Notes: generated by a model from the sequence alone, not told the origin. Shown: positions 29,987 through 39,327, numbered from the stretch's first letter. The stretch is 64,000 nt of DNA from Pseudomonadota bacterium (GCA_040387715.1 JAZKDF010000001.1:326420-390419); one strand, 5' to 3'. Made by a program: numbers and translations.

Positions 29987-30767
29987 GCAAAATGTACACC
30001 CTAAAGAATCTAATTCGCCATCACTCGTGATCAATGGTCCATTAGCCACAATCACCTTAAATAGACCTACTTCGGCTAATAAGCTCACCCCTGAAGATTT
30101 AGGGGTTTTGCGAAGTCATATAGATGCTGTCAATGCAAGTAACGAAGTATTGGTTCTGGTGTTGCGGGCCGAGGGAAAGTACTTCTGTAGCGGATTTGAT
30201 ATTGCAGAAGTGATTAAGAGTAGCCAAATTAAGGGTGTGAGCTTTGGTGAGATGGTTGATGCACTAGAAGCATGTAGGGCTGTAACGATTGCTGCAGTCC
30301 AAGGCGGTATTTATGGTGGGGCTACTGACATGGCTCTGGCCTGCGATTTTCGGTTGGGCAGTGAAGCAACTGAGATGTTTATGCCAGCAGCTCGCCTAGG
30401 ACTGCATTTTTATCAAAGCGGATTAGAGCGGTATGTAACCCGACTTGGGATTGATACGACTAAAAGATTATTTCTAACAAGTGAAAAGTTAGATGCAAAA
30501 CAAATGCTGGAAACTGGGTTTTTAACCTCGCTGTATTTAGATCAAAAGAGTCTAGATGAGGGACTCACTAAATTAACTAATTCGTTAGTTGATAAGGCCC
30601 CAATTGCTTTGTTGGGCATGAAGAAATCGATTAATGAAATTGCTAGAAATGTTGCAGATGCTAAAACGATTGATGCACTAGTACAACAATCCGTGCAATC
30701 CAGTGATATTCAAGAGGGGGCTTTAGCATGGCAAGAAAAGAGAGTGCCAAAGTTCGCGGGTAAATAG
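29985..30767 (+). CDS. Enoyl-CoA hydratase/isomerase family protein
   Basis: ITLNRP, FCSGFD, GGATDMALACDFR and EG..AWQEKRVPKFAGK motifs. Confidence 0.9.
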   Translation: MQNVHPKESNSPSLVINGPLATITLNRPTSANKLTPEDLGVLRSHIDAVNASNEVLVLVLRAEGKYFCSGFDIAEVIKSSQIKGVSFGEMVDALEACRAVTIAAVQGGIYGGATDMALACDFRLGSEATEMFMPAARLGLHFYQSGLERYVTRLGIDTTKRLFLTSEKLDAKQMLETGFLTSLYLDQKSLDEGLTKLTNSLVDKAPIALLGMKKSINEIARNVADAKTIDALVQQSVQSSDIQEGALAWQEKRVPKFAGK

Positions 30768-30783
30768 AAATTAGGAGGAGACT

Positions 30784-31749
30784 ATGAAGAAATTACTTAT
30801 AACAACAGCCTTAATTGTCGGAAGTGTATATCCAGCCTTTGCGCAGGAGTATCCGCAAAAGCCAATTACTTTGGTTGTGGGCTTTCCTCCAGGGGGTGGG
30901 GCTGATGCTGTAGCTCGTATTGTTAGCGATAAACTTTCAAGGGTTTTAGAGCAACCTATCATTATCAATAACATGCCTGGAGCTGGCACCACAATTGCGT
31001 CTGCTTACGTTTCTAAGGCTGCGCCAGATGGTTATACATTGCTTTTGGCGGGACCTGGTTTGTATGGCTCTGACCAATATCTTTATAAAAGCGTCAAATA
31101 TGATGGAGTTAAAAACTTCACAGCAATCACTCGCTGGTCTTTAGCTCCGATGATGCTTGCTGCCAATAAAGATGTTCCTGTTAAAAATACTCAAGAGTTA
31201 ATTGCCTATGCCAAGAAAAATCCTGACAAAGTAACGTATTCATCATCTGGTGTGGGAGTGGTAACCCATCTTGCGGCGCTGGAGTTTGAAAAGGCCACCA
31301 ATACAAAACTCATGCATATACCTTATAAGGGTGGCGCACCTTCATTGCAAGCACTTGCAGCGGGCGATGTTCAAATTAGCTTTGGCACACCTCCTTCGGT
31401 AATGCCTTTGGCCCAGTCTGGTCGGCTAAAGATACTGTCAGTGACGACTCAGCAGCGCTCATTACTTTTTCCAGATATTCCATCAATGAAAGATGCTGGA
31501 GTAAAGGATTTGGATTTTACATTCTGGTTTGGTTTGTATGGCCCAGCAGGCTTGCCTGCGGATGTATCAAAGAAATTATTTGACGCGAGTATGGTTGCAT
31601 TAAATGATCCTGAAGTTAAGGCAAAGCTTGAGAAATCTGGTAATAACGCTGCTCCATCAAAGTCACAAACCGACTTTTTAATGCTCTCTATTGGTGAAGG
31701 TAGAAAGAGTAAAGATTTGTTAGGGCAGACTGGAGCCAAAGTCGAATGA
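30784..31749 (+). CDS. Bug/TctC tripartite tricarboxylate transporter substrate-binding protein
   Basis: VVGFPPGGGAD, NMPGAG and HIPYKGGAP motifs, plus a signal peptide. Confidence 0.92.
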   Translation: MKKLLITTALIVGSVYPAFAQEYPQKPITLVVGFPPGGGADAVARIVSDKLSRVLEQPIIINNMPGAGTTIASAYVSKAAPDGYTLLLAGPGLYGSDQYLYKSVKYDGVKNFTAITRWSLAPMMLAANKDVPVKNTQELIAYAKKNPDKVTYSSSGVGVVTHLAALEFEKATNTKLMHIPYKGGAPSLQALAAGDVQISFGTPPSVMPLAQSGRLKILSVTTQQRSLLFPDIPSMKDAGVKDLDFTFWFGLYGPAGLPADVSKKLFDASMVALNDPEVKAKLEKSGNNAAPSKSQTDFLMLSIGEGRKSKDLLGQTGAKVE

Positions 31750-32912
31750 GTAATGCGAATACTGCAGGTGCCGGTCCTTTAAGTGGAATCACGGTAGTTG
31801 ATTTAACCAGGGTATTGGCGGGTCCTTACTGTACATTGCTGATGGCAGATCTTGGTGCTCGCGTCATTAAGGTAGAGCAGCCTAATATTGGCGATGACTC
31901 ACGCCAAATCGGCCCATTCTTAGATGGTGAATCGGCTTATTTCATGTCGGTTAACCGTAATAAAGAATCGATTGCATTGAATTTAAAAGCTGAGGCTGAT
32001 AAGAAGATCTTTGAATCTTTATTAGAGACGGCTGACGTATTAGTAGAAAACTTCCGTCCAGGTACGATGGAAAAGTTGGGTTATAGCTGGGAAGTATTGC
32101 ATCAACGTTATCCAAAATTGATCTTTACTTCAGTCTCTGGCTTTGGGCAAACTGGCCCATATAGCAAAAGGCCTGCATACGATATGGTTGTACAGGCCAT
32201 GGGCGGCATTATGAGTTTGACAGGGCAACCTGGCGGTCCTCCAACCCGAGTAGGTGTTTCCATTGGGGATCTAGGTGCTGGTTTATATGCCATGATTGGT
32301 ACTCAAGCTGCACTATTGCAAAGAGAGCGAACAGGTAAAGGCGAGCGAGTAGATGTAGCTATGCTCGATTGCCAAGTTGCTTTGCTTGAAAACTCAATTG
32401 CTCGCTTTGAGGTAGATAAACGTATTCCTGAGCCCATTGGCTCCCGCCACCCCTCAATTACTCCGTTTGATGTCTTTAAGGCAAAAGATGGCTGGATGGT
32501 AATTGCTGCAGGCAATGACATGTTGTTTCAACGCTTATGCGACATTCTCAATCTATCCAACTTAAAAACGGATGAGAGATTTTCTACAAATCCAATGCGG
32601 TGCGAGCATCATCATCAACTAAAAGTGGAGCTTGAAAAACGCCTGCAAGATGAAATCTGCAAGCACTGGATTGACTTGTTAATGGAAAATAATATTCCAA
32701 CAGGTGAATACAATAATTTGGCTCAAGTTTTGGAGAGTCCACAGATACACGAACGTGAGATGTTATTAGATGTTTTTTCTAAAAATGGCAGTAAGTTGAC
32801 GGTTGCAGGTAACCCAATTCATATTGGATCATTTGTCTCTAAGGTAAACAAAAATCCGCCTGCACTTGATGGGGATCGCGCTAATATTTTGAATGCATTA
32901 GGAGATAATTAA
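31746..32912 (+). CDS. CaiB/BaiF (family III) CoA-transferase
   Basis: VVDLTRVLAGP, DLGARVIKVE, ENFRPG and YDMVVQAMGG motifs. Confidence 0.92.
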   Translation: MSNANTAGAGPLSGITVVDLTRVLAGPYCTLLMADLGARVIKVEQPNIGDDSRQIGPFLDGESAYFMSVNRNKESIALNLKAEADKKIFESLLETADVLVENFRPGTMEKLGYSWEVLHQRYPKLIFTSVSGFGQTGPYSKRPAYDMVVQAMGGIMSLTGQPGGPPTRVGVSIGDLGAGLYAMIGTQAALLQRERTGKGERVDVAMLDCQVALLENSIARFEVDKRIPEPIGSRHPSITPFDVFKAKDGWMVIAAGNDMLFQRLCDILNLSNLKTDERFSTNPMRCEHHHQLKVELEKRLQDEICKHWIDLLMENNIPTGEYNNLAQVLESPQIHEREMLLDVFSKNGSKLTVAGNPIHIGSFVSKVNKNPPALDGDRANILNALGDN

Positions 32913-33033
32913 GTCATCAATAAATTGATGGATTTGTATTAACTTTTGCTTCTTGAGGCAATCGATTCCTACTTTGTTGATTTGTCGGTTTACCCGACAT
33001 ATCACCACAAGTTTCCGGAAACACGACACTCCT

Positions 33034-33423
33034 CTACCGGTGATATCGATATTCCTGAGTTTTCCCACCATATCCATAGCTAGCAGCCCTAACATCTTGT
33101 ACGTAGATATAGCTCTCTTCATGAATATTGCCTAGGATACGTTCAAAACCCTCAAATGCCTCCTTGATGTACTGAGCCTTCTCATCTTTGGTATTGGTCT
33201 CATCGGTAATCTTGATGTCAAAGTAAAAGCTGTTCTTGCCTTGCTCGCTTAATAGCTTGCCACCCACAAACCAGCAATCTGTATCTACGTATTCAATTGC
33301 GATAGCGGTAACTTCCTTTTTCTTACCCAGAATACGGTGGGTAAGATCCAGCAGTAGCTCATTAATGGCTTTAGTCGTAGCGATATTCTTTTGTCCGCTG
33401 ACTTTAACGTTCAAGATTGGCAT
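33034..33423 (-). CDS. 4-oxalocrotonate tautomerase-family protein, copy B
   Basis: Near-identical protein to 13283-13672. Confidence 0.9.
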   Translation of the reverse strand: MPILNVKVSGQKNIATTKAINELLLDLTHRILGKKKEVTAIAIEYVDTDCWFVGGKLLSEQGKNSFYFDIKITDETNTKDEKAQYIKEAFEGFERILGNIHEESYIYVQDVRAASYGYGGKTQEYRYHR

Positions 33424-33463
33424 GTAATTCTCCTTTATTAATAAATCAAATCAATAAAACTAA

Positions 33464-33479
33464 TTAGCTATGCAACTAT
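33464..33479. promoter_or_regulatory. Putative MarR operator
   Basis: TTAGCTATGCAACTAT. Confidence 0.75.
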
Positions 33480-33501
33480 TTGGGAAATAAAAAGGTTCCC
33501 A

Positions 33502-33918
33502 TTACTTTAGGGCAGAGCTGATACCCCGAAGTTGTCCAACAACATCTTCAAAATGGTTTGTGCCCAATACTTTCTTAAGACGCTTGGTAACTGCACCACT
33601 GGCAGCATTGATTGCATCCTTCATTTCTACAGCCCGCTTGGTTGGATGAATTTCTTGCTCCCGGCCATCTTTCTGAGAGGCCAGTCGCTTAATTAAGCCC
33701 AATTTCTCTAAGCCATCCAATCCTCTAGTAGCGGTAGGGCGGCTGATATTCATCTCCAAAGCCAGCTCACTTTGTAATAACGGGGCTTTATCTAGTACCA
33801 CTCTGAGCATGAATGCTTGGGAAGGCGTGAGTCCAAAAGGCTTAAATGCACTAGTCCATTCTCGCTCTAGCTGGCGAGCTAGGCTGGTGGTATTGAAATA
33901 GAGGCATTGTTCAAACAT
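33502..33918 (-). CDS. MarR-family regulator, copy B
   Basis: Near-identical protein to 13740-14159. Confidence 0.9.
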   Translation of the reverse strand: MFEQCLYFNTTSLARQLEREWTSAFKPFGLTPSQAFMLRVVLDKAPLLQSELALEMNISRPTATRGLDGLEKLGLIKRLASQKDGREQEIHPTKRAVEMKDAINAASGAVTKRLKKVLGTNHFEDVVGQLRGISSALK

Positions 33919-33941
33919 GAGGGTAGTGTAATCGATATTGG

Positions 33942-33957
33942 TTAGCTATGCAACTAT
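33942..33957. promoter_or_regulatory. Putative MarR operator
   Basis: TTAGCTATGCAACTAT. Confidence 0.75.
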
Positions 33958-34019
33958 ATAGAAAATTTAACGAAATCAGCGTAATATTAAAAAATTAACC
34001 GATACTATCAGGGGGTTTC

Positions 34020-34385
34020 ATGAACACGTCTCTAGCAAGTGATATGACTTTTGAGGTAATAGTAGGAAATAAAAAGCTGGTTTCATCAGGTTTGGTACAT
34101 CTTGATGAGCCAAGGTTTGAAATATCAATTCACGGACTAGTTATTGAGATTGTATTTATAAGCGAAAGAGATTCGGCCCCAAAATACGTAGGAAATGTTG
34201 TGGATGGAAGATTAAGGATGGAGCTAATCAATCACAACAATAGTTTGGGTGAAGGTGTTTTTACGCCAATTGAAATAGGGAAAATAAACGATAAAAGTCT
34301 CTATATGACTTATTATGTTTTTGTACCCAGCGCCTCAGAAAATAAACGTTCATTCGAATTCGCCTTTTATTTGGGGGATGCGTAA
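34020..34385 (+). CDS. Small beta-rich hypothetical protein (DUF6864-like)
   Basis: 121 aa with NHNNSLGEG..P..IG..N.K.LY pattern. Family assignment is from memory. Confidence 0.55.
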   Translation: MNTSLASDMTFEVIVGNKKLVSSGLVHLDEPRFEISIHGLVIEIVFISERDSAPKYVGNVVDGRLRMELINHNNSLGEGVFTPIEIGKINDKSLYMTYYVFVPSASENKRSFEFAFYLGDA

Positions 34386-34690
34386 TGTCAGATAAATTGA
34401 TTGCATCAAAATCTACAATAACTACAAAGCAAATACGTGGAAACGCAACCGAGGGTGAAATTAGTAAAAAAATTGGAACCGGGGAGAATGCTCGTAATTC
34501 AATTGTGTGGATAACCATTCGTTGGAGTTTAATTGCTGGAGGTCTGATTACACTTGCCTTATATCTCCGATCTTTTTCTTGCGAAGTTGCTGGGTATGGT
34601 AATTTTGTCGAAGATATAAAAACGGTATGGGCTATATTTTTGCCGCTAATTACCCTTGCTCTTGGTTATACCTTCGGAAAAGGGCGTTAG
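34385..34690 (+). CDS. Small two-TM hypothetical protein, translationally coupled to the preceding gene
   Basis: TAATG overlap and two hydrophobic helices. Confidence 0.6.
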   Translation: MSDKLIASKSTITTKQIRGNATEGEISKKIGTGENARNSIVWITIRWSLIAGGLITLALYLRSFSCEVAGYGNFVEDIKTVWAIFLPLITLALGYTFGKGR

Positions 34691-34841
34691 GTGTCGCGTT
34701 TCGAGATGCTTAGTCTCATTCAGCGTCCACCATCCCCACTCGAAAAGTTCACAAAATTCCGCATTGTTCCTGGCAGTCACTACATTTCGCCAGCCTATAA
34801 AGACAAAACCCCCACTATTGCTAGTGAGGGTTTCTTGATAC

Positions 34842-34886
34842 TGGTGGGTCGGGCGAGATTCGAACTCGCGACCAACGGATTAAAAG
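34842..34886 (-). repeat. att-like copy 7; distal attachment site of the IME
   Basis: 45/45 identity to 50320-50364, followed by IHF-like and arm-type motifs. Confidence 0.95.
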
Positions 34887-35067
34887 ACGCACAGTAACTT
34901 TTATTAAGCCAATAAAAACAATGACTTGTAATGCTTGCTCACCTTGATTATCAGTGTCACACAATCGCAATTTATCTATAAATATGAATAATTTGGCACA
35001 AATTAGGCACACTTTCTTGGGCATCCTTTTCCAGGGGGTGATGAGTTAATTAACAGTCTGATTCCCC

Positions 35068-35096
35068 TTGTTTTATCCTTCAATAAGTACTATTAT
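35068..35096 (+). promoter_or_regulatory. Sigma70-type promoter upstream of the NYN leader
   Basis: TTGTTT-17 bp-TATTAT. Confidence 0.6.
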
Positions 35097-35102
35097 TCAT
35101 GC

Positions 35103-35163
35103 ACTACTACCCTGATGGTTTCGACTGTCAGGTGCAGGGCCTCTTCGGAGGCCCTTGCTTTTT
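35103..35163 (+). ncRNA. Candidate ~60-nt structured leader/small RNA ending in an intrinsic terminator
   Basis: A 9-bp hairpin with a UUCG loop (35111-35132), then a GC-rich cUUCGg hairpin (35134-35158) and TTTTT. Expression is not shown. Confidence 0.5.
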
Positions 35164-35178
35164 CTGGAAGAGGTTTTT

Positions 35179-35817
35179 GTGGCTAAGTCAAAACTACGAA
35201 CCATTGTCTATATTGATGGCTTCAATTTTTACTATGGACAACTTAAAGATGGCCCTTATAAGTGGCTAGATTTAACAAAACTATTTAAAGCCGTACTGGG
35301 CGAAGAAAACCATCTCGTCCGGATTAAGTATTTCACAGCAAGAGTACAGCCCACTGACCGTGATCCGCAGGTCAACATTAGGCAGGATACTTACTTTAGA
35401 GCACTAAATACCCATTGCCCTGAAGTTGAAATACATTTTGGACATTTTTTGCGGCACAAGGTTTTTGCTGAAAATGCTAACCCCCCTCCAAACAAGCTTC
35501 AAATATTTAAAACCGAAGAAAAGGGTTCGGATGTAAATTTAGCTTTGCATGTACTCAACGACGCATGGGCAGATGCCTATGATTGCGCTGTCATTGTTTC
35601 TAATGATTCTGATTTGGCCACCGCCCTTAAGCTGGTCAAAGAGCAGCATAAAAAGGTTTTAGGGTTAATCACGCCTGGGGCGCCCAAAAGAAATACTTCT
35701 TGGCAGCTTCGTCAATACGCTAGCTTTGTGAAGATTATTAGACCTTGGGCTTTAGAGCGGAGCCTATTGCCTAACCCAATCCCTGGTACGGAAATTACAA
35801 GGCCTAAAAGCTGGTAA
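35179..35817 (+). CDS. NYN (LabA/DUF88, PIN-like) ribonuclease
   Basis: YIDGFNFYYG, EEKGSDVNLA and IVSNDSDL acidic catalytic motifs. GTG start after a GAAGAGG RBS. Confidence 0.9.
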   Translation: MAKSKLRTIVYIDGFNFYYGQLKDGPYKWLDLTKLFKAVLGEENHLVRIKYFTARVQPTDRDPQVNIRQDTYFRALNTHCPEVEIHFGHFLRHKVFAENANPPPNKLQIFKTEEKGSDVNLALHVLNDAWADAYDCAVIVSNDSDLATALKLVKEQHKKVLGLITPGAPKRNTSWQLRQYASFVKIIRPWALERSLLPNPIPGTEITRPKSW

Positions 35818-36047
35818 AGATTGGCGAAGGCAGTTAAGGTGCGATTACCGCCTAAAGCTAATGTGAATGGTTGCAGCATAAATCATTGTAATTTTTCATA
35901 ATGCAATCGCATTGGGTGGGGGTGGCATTTATGAATCTATTTCAGCATCCAGACTAGCATAGGGTAATCCCCCTCCCTAATATAGGCTATAGCTAAGTCA
36001 TGTGAACTTGATTATCTTAAGGCTCAATCAATTTCTGAATGGGCAAT

Positions 36048-36440
36048 ATGAAACTCAAGCTATTGGCAGCCACAATCCTTCTTTCCGCAGTTATTGCAGG
36101 CTGCGCCGGAACAGCGGGCAATCAAAAGTTATCCGAGCACACTAAAGAGTCGGTCACGCAAAATATTACTGAGGGCAAAACGACTCAAGCGCAGGTAAAG
36201 CAACTCTTTGGAGAGCCAAATACCACTAGTTTTACTGATGGTGGCAATGATGTTTATAACTACGCCTTCTCTCGGGCGAGTGCGCAAGGAGTTAACTACA
36301 TTCCTATCGTTAACTTATTTGCCCGTGGATTTGATGTAAATACCAAGACGCTTGCAATCCTTTTTGACAAAGACAAGATCGTAGTGAAATACACGATGTC
36401 TGAAACTCAGTCCCAAACTAAGGGTGGCGTAGGTCAATAA
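36048..36440 (+). CDS. SmpA/BamE-like outer-membrane lipoprotein
   Basis: Lipobox IAG-C and GKTTQAQVKQLFGEP motif. Confidence 0.7.
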   Translation: MKLKLLAATILLSAVIAGCAGTAGNQKLSEHTKESVTQNITEGKTTQAQVKQLFGEPNTTSFTDGGNDVYNYAFSRASAQGVNYIPIVNLFARGFDVNTKTLAILFDKDKIVVKYTMSETQSQTKGGVGQ

Positions 36441-36640
36441 CAGTCGTCCCCTCTAGCGAATTAGATCGGGTCGCTCCCTCACTTCATAAGAGGAGCAAAT
36501 GACTCCTGAGATGATGGCTGTTTTTGTCGTTCAATTTATCGCCCCCTATTTGGAGTGTAAGTTGAAGAATTCACACCAAGATTTAACTCTTTTGAGATTA
36601 ATTTACTGCAACAGCAGTCAAAATAAATAAGAAAAATATT

Positions 36641-37150
36641 ATGAAAAAAAGCTTTATTCTTAAGACAGTCGTACTAGCGATGATTACTTATGGATCTGTA
36701 GTCCAAGCTGCTGATTGGTATGGTACTAATGCGTTTTCAAATACGGCAGCGTATTACTTTGATCGGTCCAGCGTTGTCAAGTCGAATGGCAATATCACTC
36801 TTTGGGTTAAGACCGTCAAAGATACCAAATCAGAAATATCTCATGGGGTTTACTCTTACGCTTCGAAAAACACATATTTTTGCTCAACTAAAAGTTCTCA
36901 AAATACATTTGAATCGCAGTATGGAAAAAATGGAGATTTTATTAAATCTTTTCCAGAAGTGGGCCCCATAGAACCAATAATCCCTGGTTCTGTTGGCGAA
37001 GACATGCTTAAGATTGTTTGCTCGCCCAACTTTCCTAATGACTTAAGCAATAAAAACTATTACAAAATATCCGATGGCGATATATTTAAAGACAATCAAT
37101 CTTTTTATGACCGGAGACGTGCAGCACAAAACGATCCTGCCCCAAAATAA
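36641..37150 (+). CDS. Secreted protein (surface-adhesin-E-like)
   Basis: Signal peptide (VQA-ADW), YYFDRSSV, LWVK, FC and two Cys. Confidence 0.55.
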   Translation: MKKSFILKTVVLAMITYGSVVQAADWYGTNAFSNTAAYYFDRSSVVKSNGNITLWVKTVKDTKSEISHGVYSYASKNTYFCSTKSSQNTFESQYGKNGDFIKSFPEVGPIEPIIPGSVGEDMLKIVCSPNFPNDLSNKNYYKISDGDIFKDNQSFYDRRRAAQNDPAPK

Positions 37151-37725
37151 TTCTTTCTTGATGCTGCATAGCTTACTTGAGCGTCATCCATATTATTTAA
37201 TATAGGTTATGGAGGCTTTGAATGTTTTCTTATTTGATAAATATGGCGCCGATTGATTGGATAGCTACTTTTATTATATTTCTATTGACTTAACTAAGAT
37301 GTCCTCCAAAAGAAATTTCTAGGGAAGGCGCTTTTGGGGTTGATGGCTGGAAGAGGTTGATTTGGTGAAGTTAGTTTTACTTCAGATCTGGCGGAATCTG
37401 ACTCTTCGCGATTTTATTATTTACCGCACCCTTTATTTTCAACTAGCGCATTAATTTGGCGCTCTGGACCACTAAAAATGAGGTGGCTCCTTTCGAATCG
37501 GCAATGCAAAAGATTCGTCAATGAAATGACTGCTTAATCTAACATTGGGTAGCGGGGTTTTATTGTGGCCCCTATTTAAGGGGTGGCAAAGACATTAATT
37601 GAATTATTCGATCTTCCTAAAGCCCATATGGTTTTTGCGGACAAAATTGGGAGAGGTCTTTGCCTTTACCTATACAGCAGGCATTAATATGTGGGTAATA
37701 TAAAAATCTTTCAAATAATATATAA

Positions 37726-39327
37726 ATGTCCGAAGAACAACGCCGTCAGCTCCAACAACAACTCTGGAATATTGCCAACACCCTCAGGGGCAAGATGGGG
37801 GCTGATGAGTTTCGGGACTACATTCTGGGCTTTATCTTCTATAAGTACCTATCAGAGAAGATTGAACGTTTTGCCAATCTCCAGTTAGCCCAAGAAAACC
37901 TTCAATTTGCCAATCTAGATCCTGCCCTTAAAAAAGACCAAGCCTATATAGAGGCTCTAGAGAGCGCAGCCTTAGATGAGCTGGGTTACTTTTTAAGACC
38001 CAATGAACTCTTTCATGCGATTGCCTCTAAAGGCAATAATCAAAATGACAGCGACAAACAGGGCGATAGTCATAACTTTATTTTGGGCGATCTCACTAAG
38101 ATCCTCAAGAATATTGAACAAAGTACCTTGGGTACCGACAGTGAAGAAGAGTTTGAAAACCTCTTTGAAGACTTAGACCTCACCTCCTCTAAGCTGGGCA
38201 AGACCGAGAAAGAGAAGAATGATCTGATTTCTAAGGTATTGGCTCACTTAGACCAGATTGACTTTAATTTGGCCGATTCGACTGCGGATGTTCTGGGCGA
38301 TGCTTATGAATATTTAATCGGTGAATTTGCCAGTGGTGCTGGTAAGAAGGCTGGGGAGTTCTATACCCCGCAACCTGTGTCCACCCTACTAGCTAAGTTA
38401 GTTACAGCGAATAATCAAAATCTGAAGAGTGTGTATGACCCCACTTGTGGCAGCGGCTCCCTACTCTTAAGAGTTAAAAAAGAAGCTAAGCAAGTAGGCA
38501 AGATTTACGGGCAAGAGCTCAATCGCACGACGTACAACTTAGCCCGCATGAACATGATCTTGCATGATGTTCATTTTTCAGACTTTGATATTAAGCAAGA
38601 AGACACGCTTGAAAGACCCCAGCACCGAGAACTGCGCTTTGATGCGATTGTGGCTAACCCCCCGTTCTCTGCCAATTGGAGTGCCAGCCCTCTCTTTATG
38701 AGTGATGACCGTTTTAGCGTCTATGGCAGATTGGCTCCAAGCTCCAAAGCAGATATGGCCTTTGTGCAGCACATGGTCTATCAATTGGCTGAAGAAGGCA
38801 CCATGGCGGTGGTTCTGCCTCATGGAGTGTTGTTTCGTGGGGGAGCTGAGGGGCATATTCGGCAATACCTGATTGAAGAACTCAATTGCTTAGATGCCGT
38901 CATTGGGCTACCAGCCAATATCTTTTATGGCACCTCCATTCCGACCTGCGTTCTCGTCTTTAAGAAATGTCGTAAGAATCCTGAGGACATTCTCTTTATT
39001 GATTCCTCCAATCACTTTGAGAAGGTGAAGACTTCCAACGTGATGCGCCCAGAACATATTCAAAAGATTGTCGATACCTATAAAGCTAGATCTAGTGAAG
39101 ATAAATACAGTCAGCTTGCCACGATTGAGTCTATTAAGGCCAATGACTGGAATTTGAACATCCCTAGATACGTCGATACGTTTGAAGCAGAAGAGTCTAT
39201 TGATCTGGGGGCTATTTCAAAACAACTGACTCAACTAGACCAAGAAAGTAAAGAAACGGACAAGACTATTGCCAATTTTTGTAAAGAGCTTGGTATTGAG
39301 CCGCCGTTTACAGGAGTGGGGAAATAA
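37726..39327 (+). CDS. hsdM: Type I R-M methyltransferase
   Basis: GEFYTP, YDPTCGSGSL, NPPFS and PHGVLFRGG motifs. Confidence 0.96.
   Translation: MSEEQRRQLQQQLWNIANTLRGKMGADEFRDYILGFIFYKYLSEKIERFANLQLAQENLQFANLDPALKKDQAYIEALESAALDELGYFLRPNELFHAIASKGNNQNDSDKQGDSHNFILGDLTKILKNIEQSTLGTDSEEEFENLFEDLDLTSSKLGKTEKEKNDLISKVLAHLDQIDFNLADSTADVLGDAYEYLIGEFASGAGKKAGEFYTPQPVSTLLAKLVTANNQNLKSVYDPTCGSGSLLLRVKKEAKQVGKIYGQELNRTTYNLARMNMILHDVHFSDFDIKQEDTLERPQHRELRFDAIVANPPFSANWSASPLFMSDDRFSVYGRLAPSSKADMAFVQHMVYQLAEEGTMAVVLPHGVLFRGGAEGHIRQYLIEELNCLDAVIGLPANIFYGTSIPTCVLVFKKCRKNPEDILFIDSSNHFEKVKTSNVMRPEHIQKIVDTYKARSSEDKYSQLATIESIKANDWNLNIPRYVDTFEAEESIDLGAISKQLTQLDQESKETDKTIANFCKELGIEPPFTGVGK

Noticed and set aside
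10354-34886. The recurring ~45-bp repeat as a CRISPR array
   Set aside because: The spacing is kilobases, with whole genes between copies. The repeat is a tRNA fragment, and there are no cas genes.
10354-34886. The fragments as additional tRNA genes
   Set aside because: All lack the 5' acceptor strand and the D-arm. Only 50320-50395 folds as a full cloverleaf.
34656-34897. ORFs 34656-34838, 34691-34897, 21997-22200 and 20623-20805 as genes, or as the tail of a serine recombinase
   Set aside because: They run through terminator and att DNA, and their similarity reflects the DNA repeat. I found no recombinase motif and no frame conserved in both copies.
37151-37725. A gene or structured RNA in the 570-bp gap before hsdM
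   Set aside because: Only short interrupted frames, and no convincing hairpin or repeat by eye.
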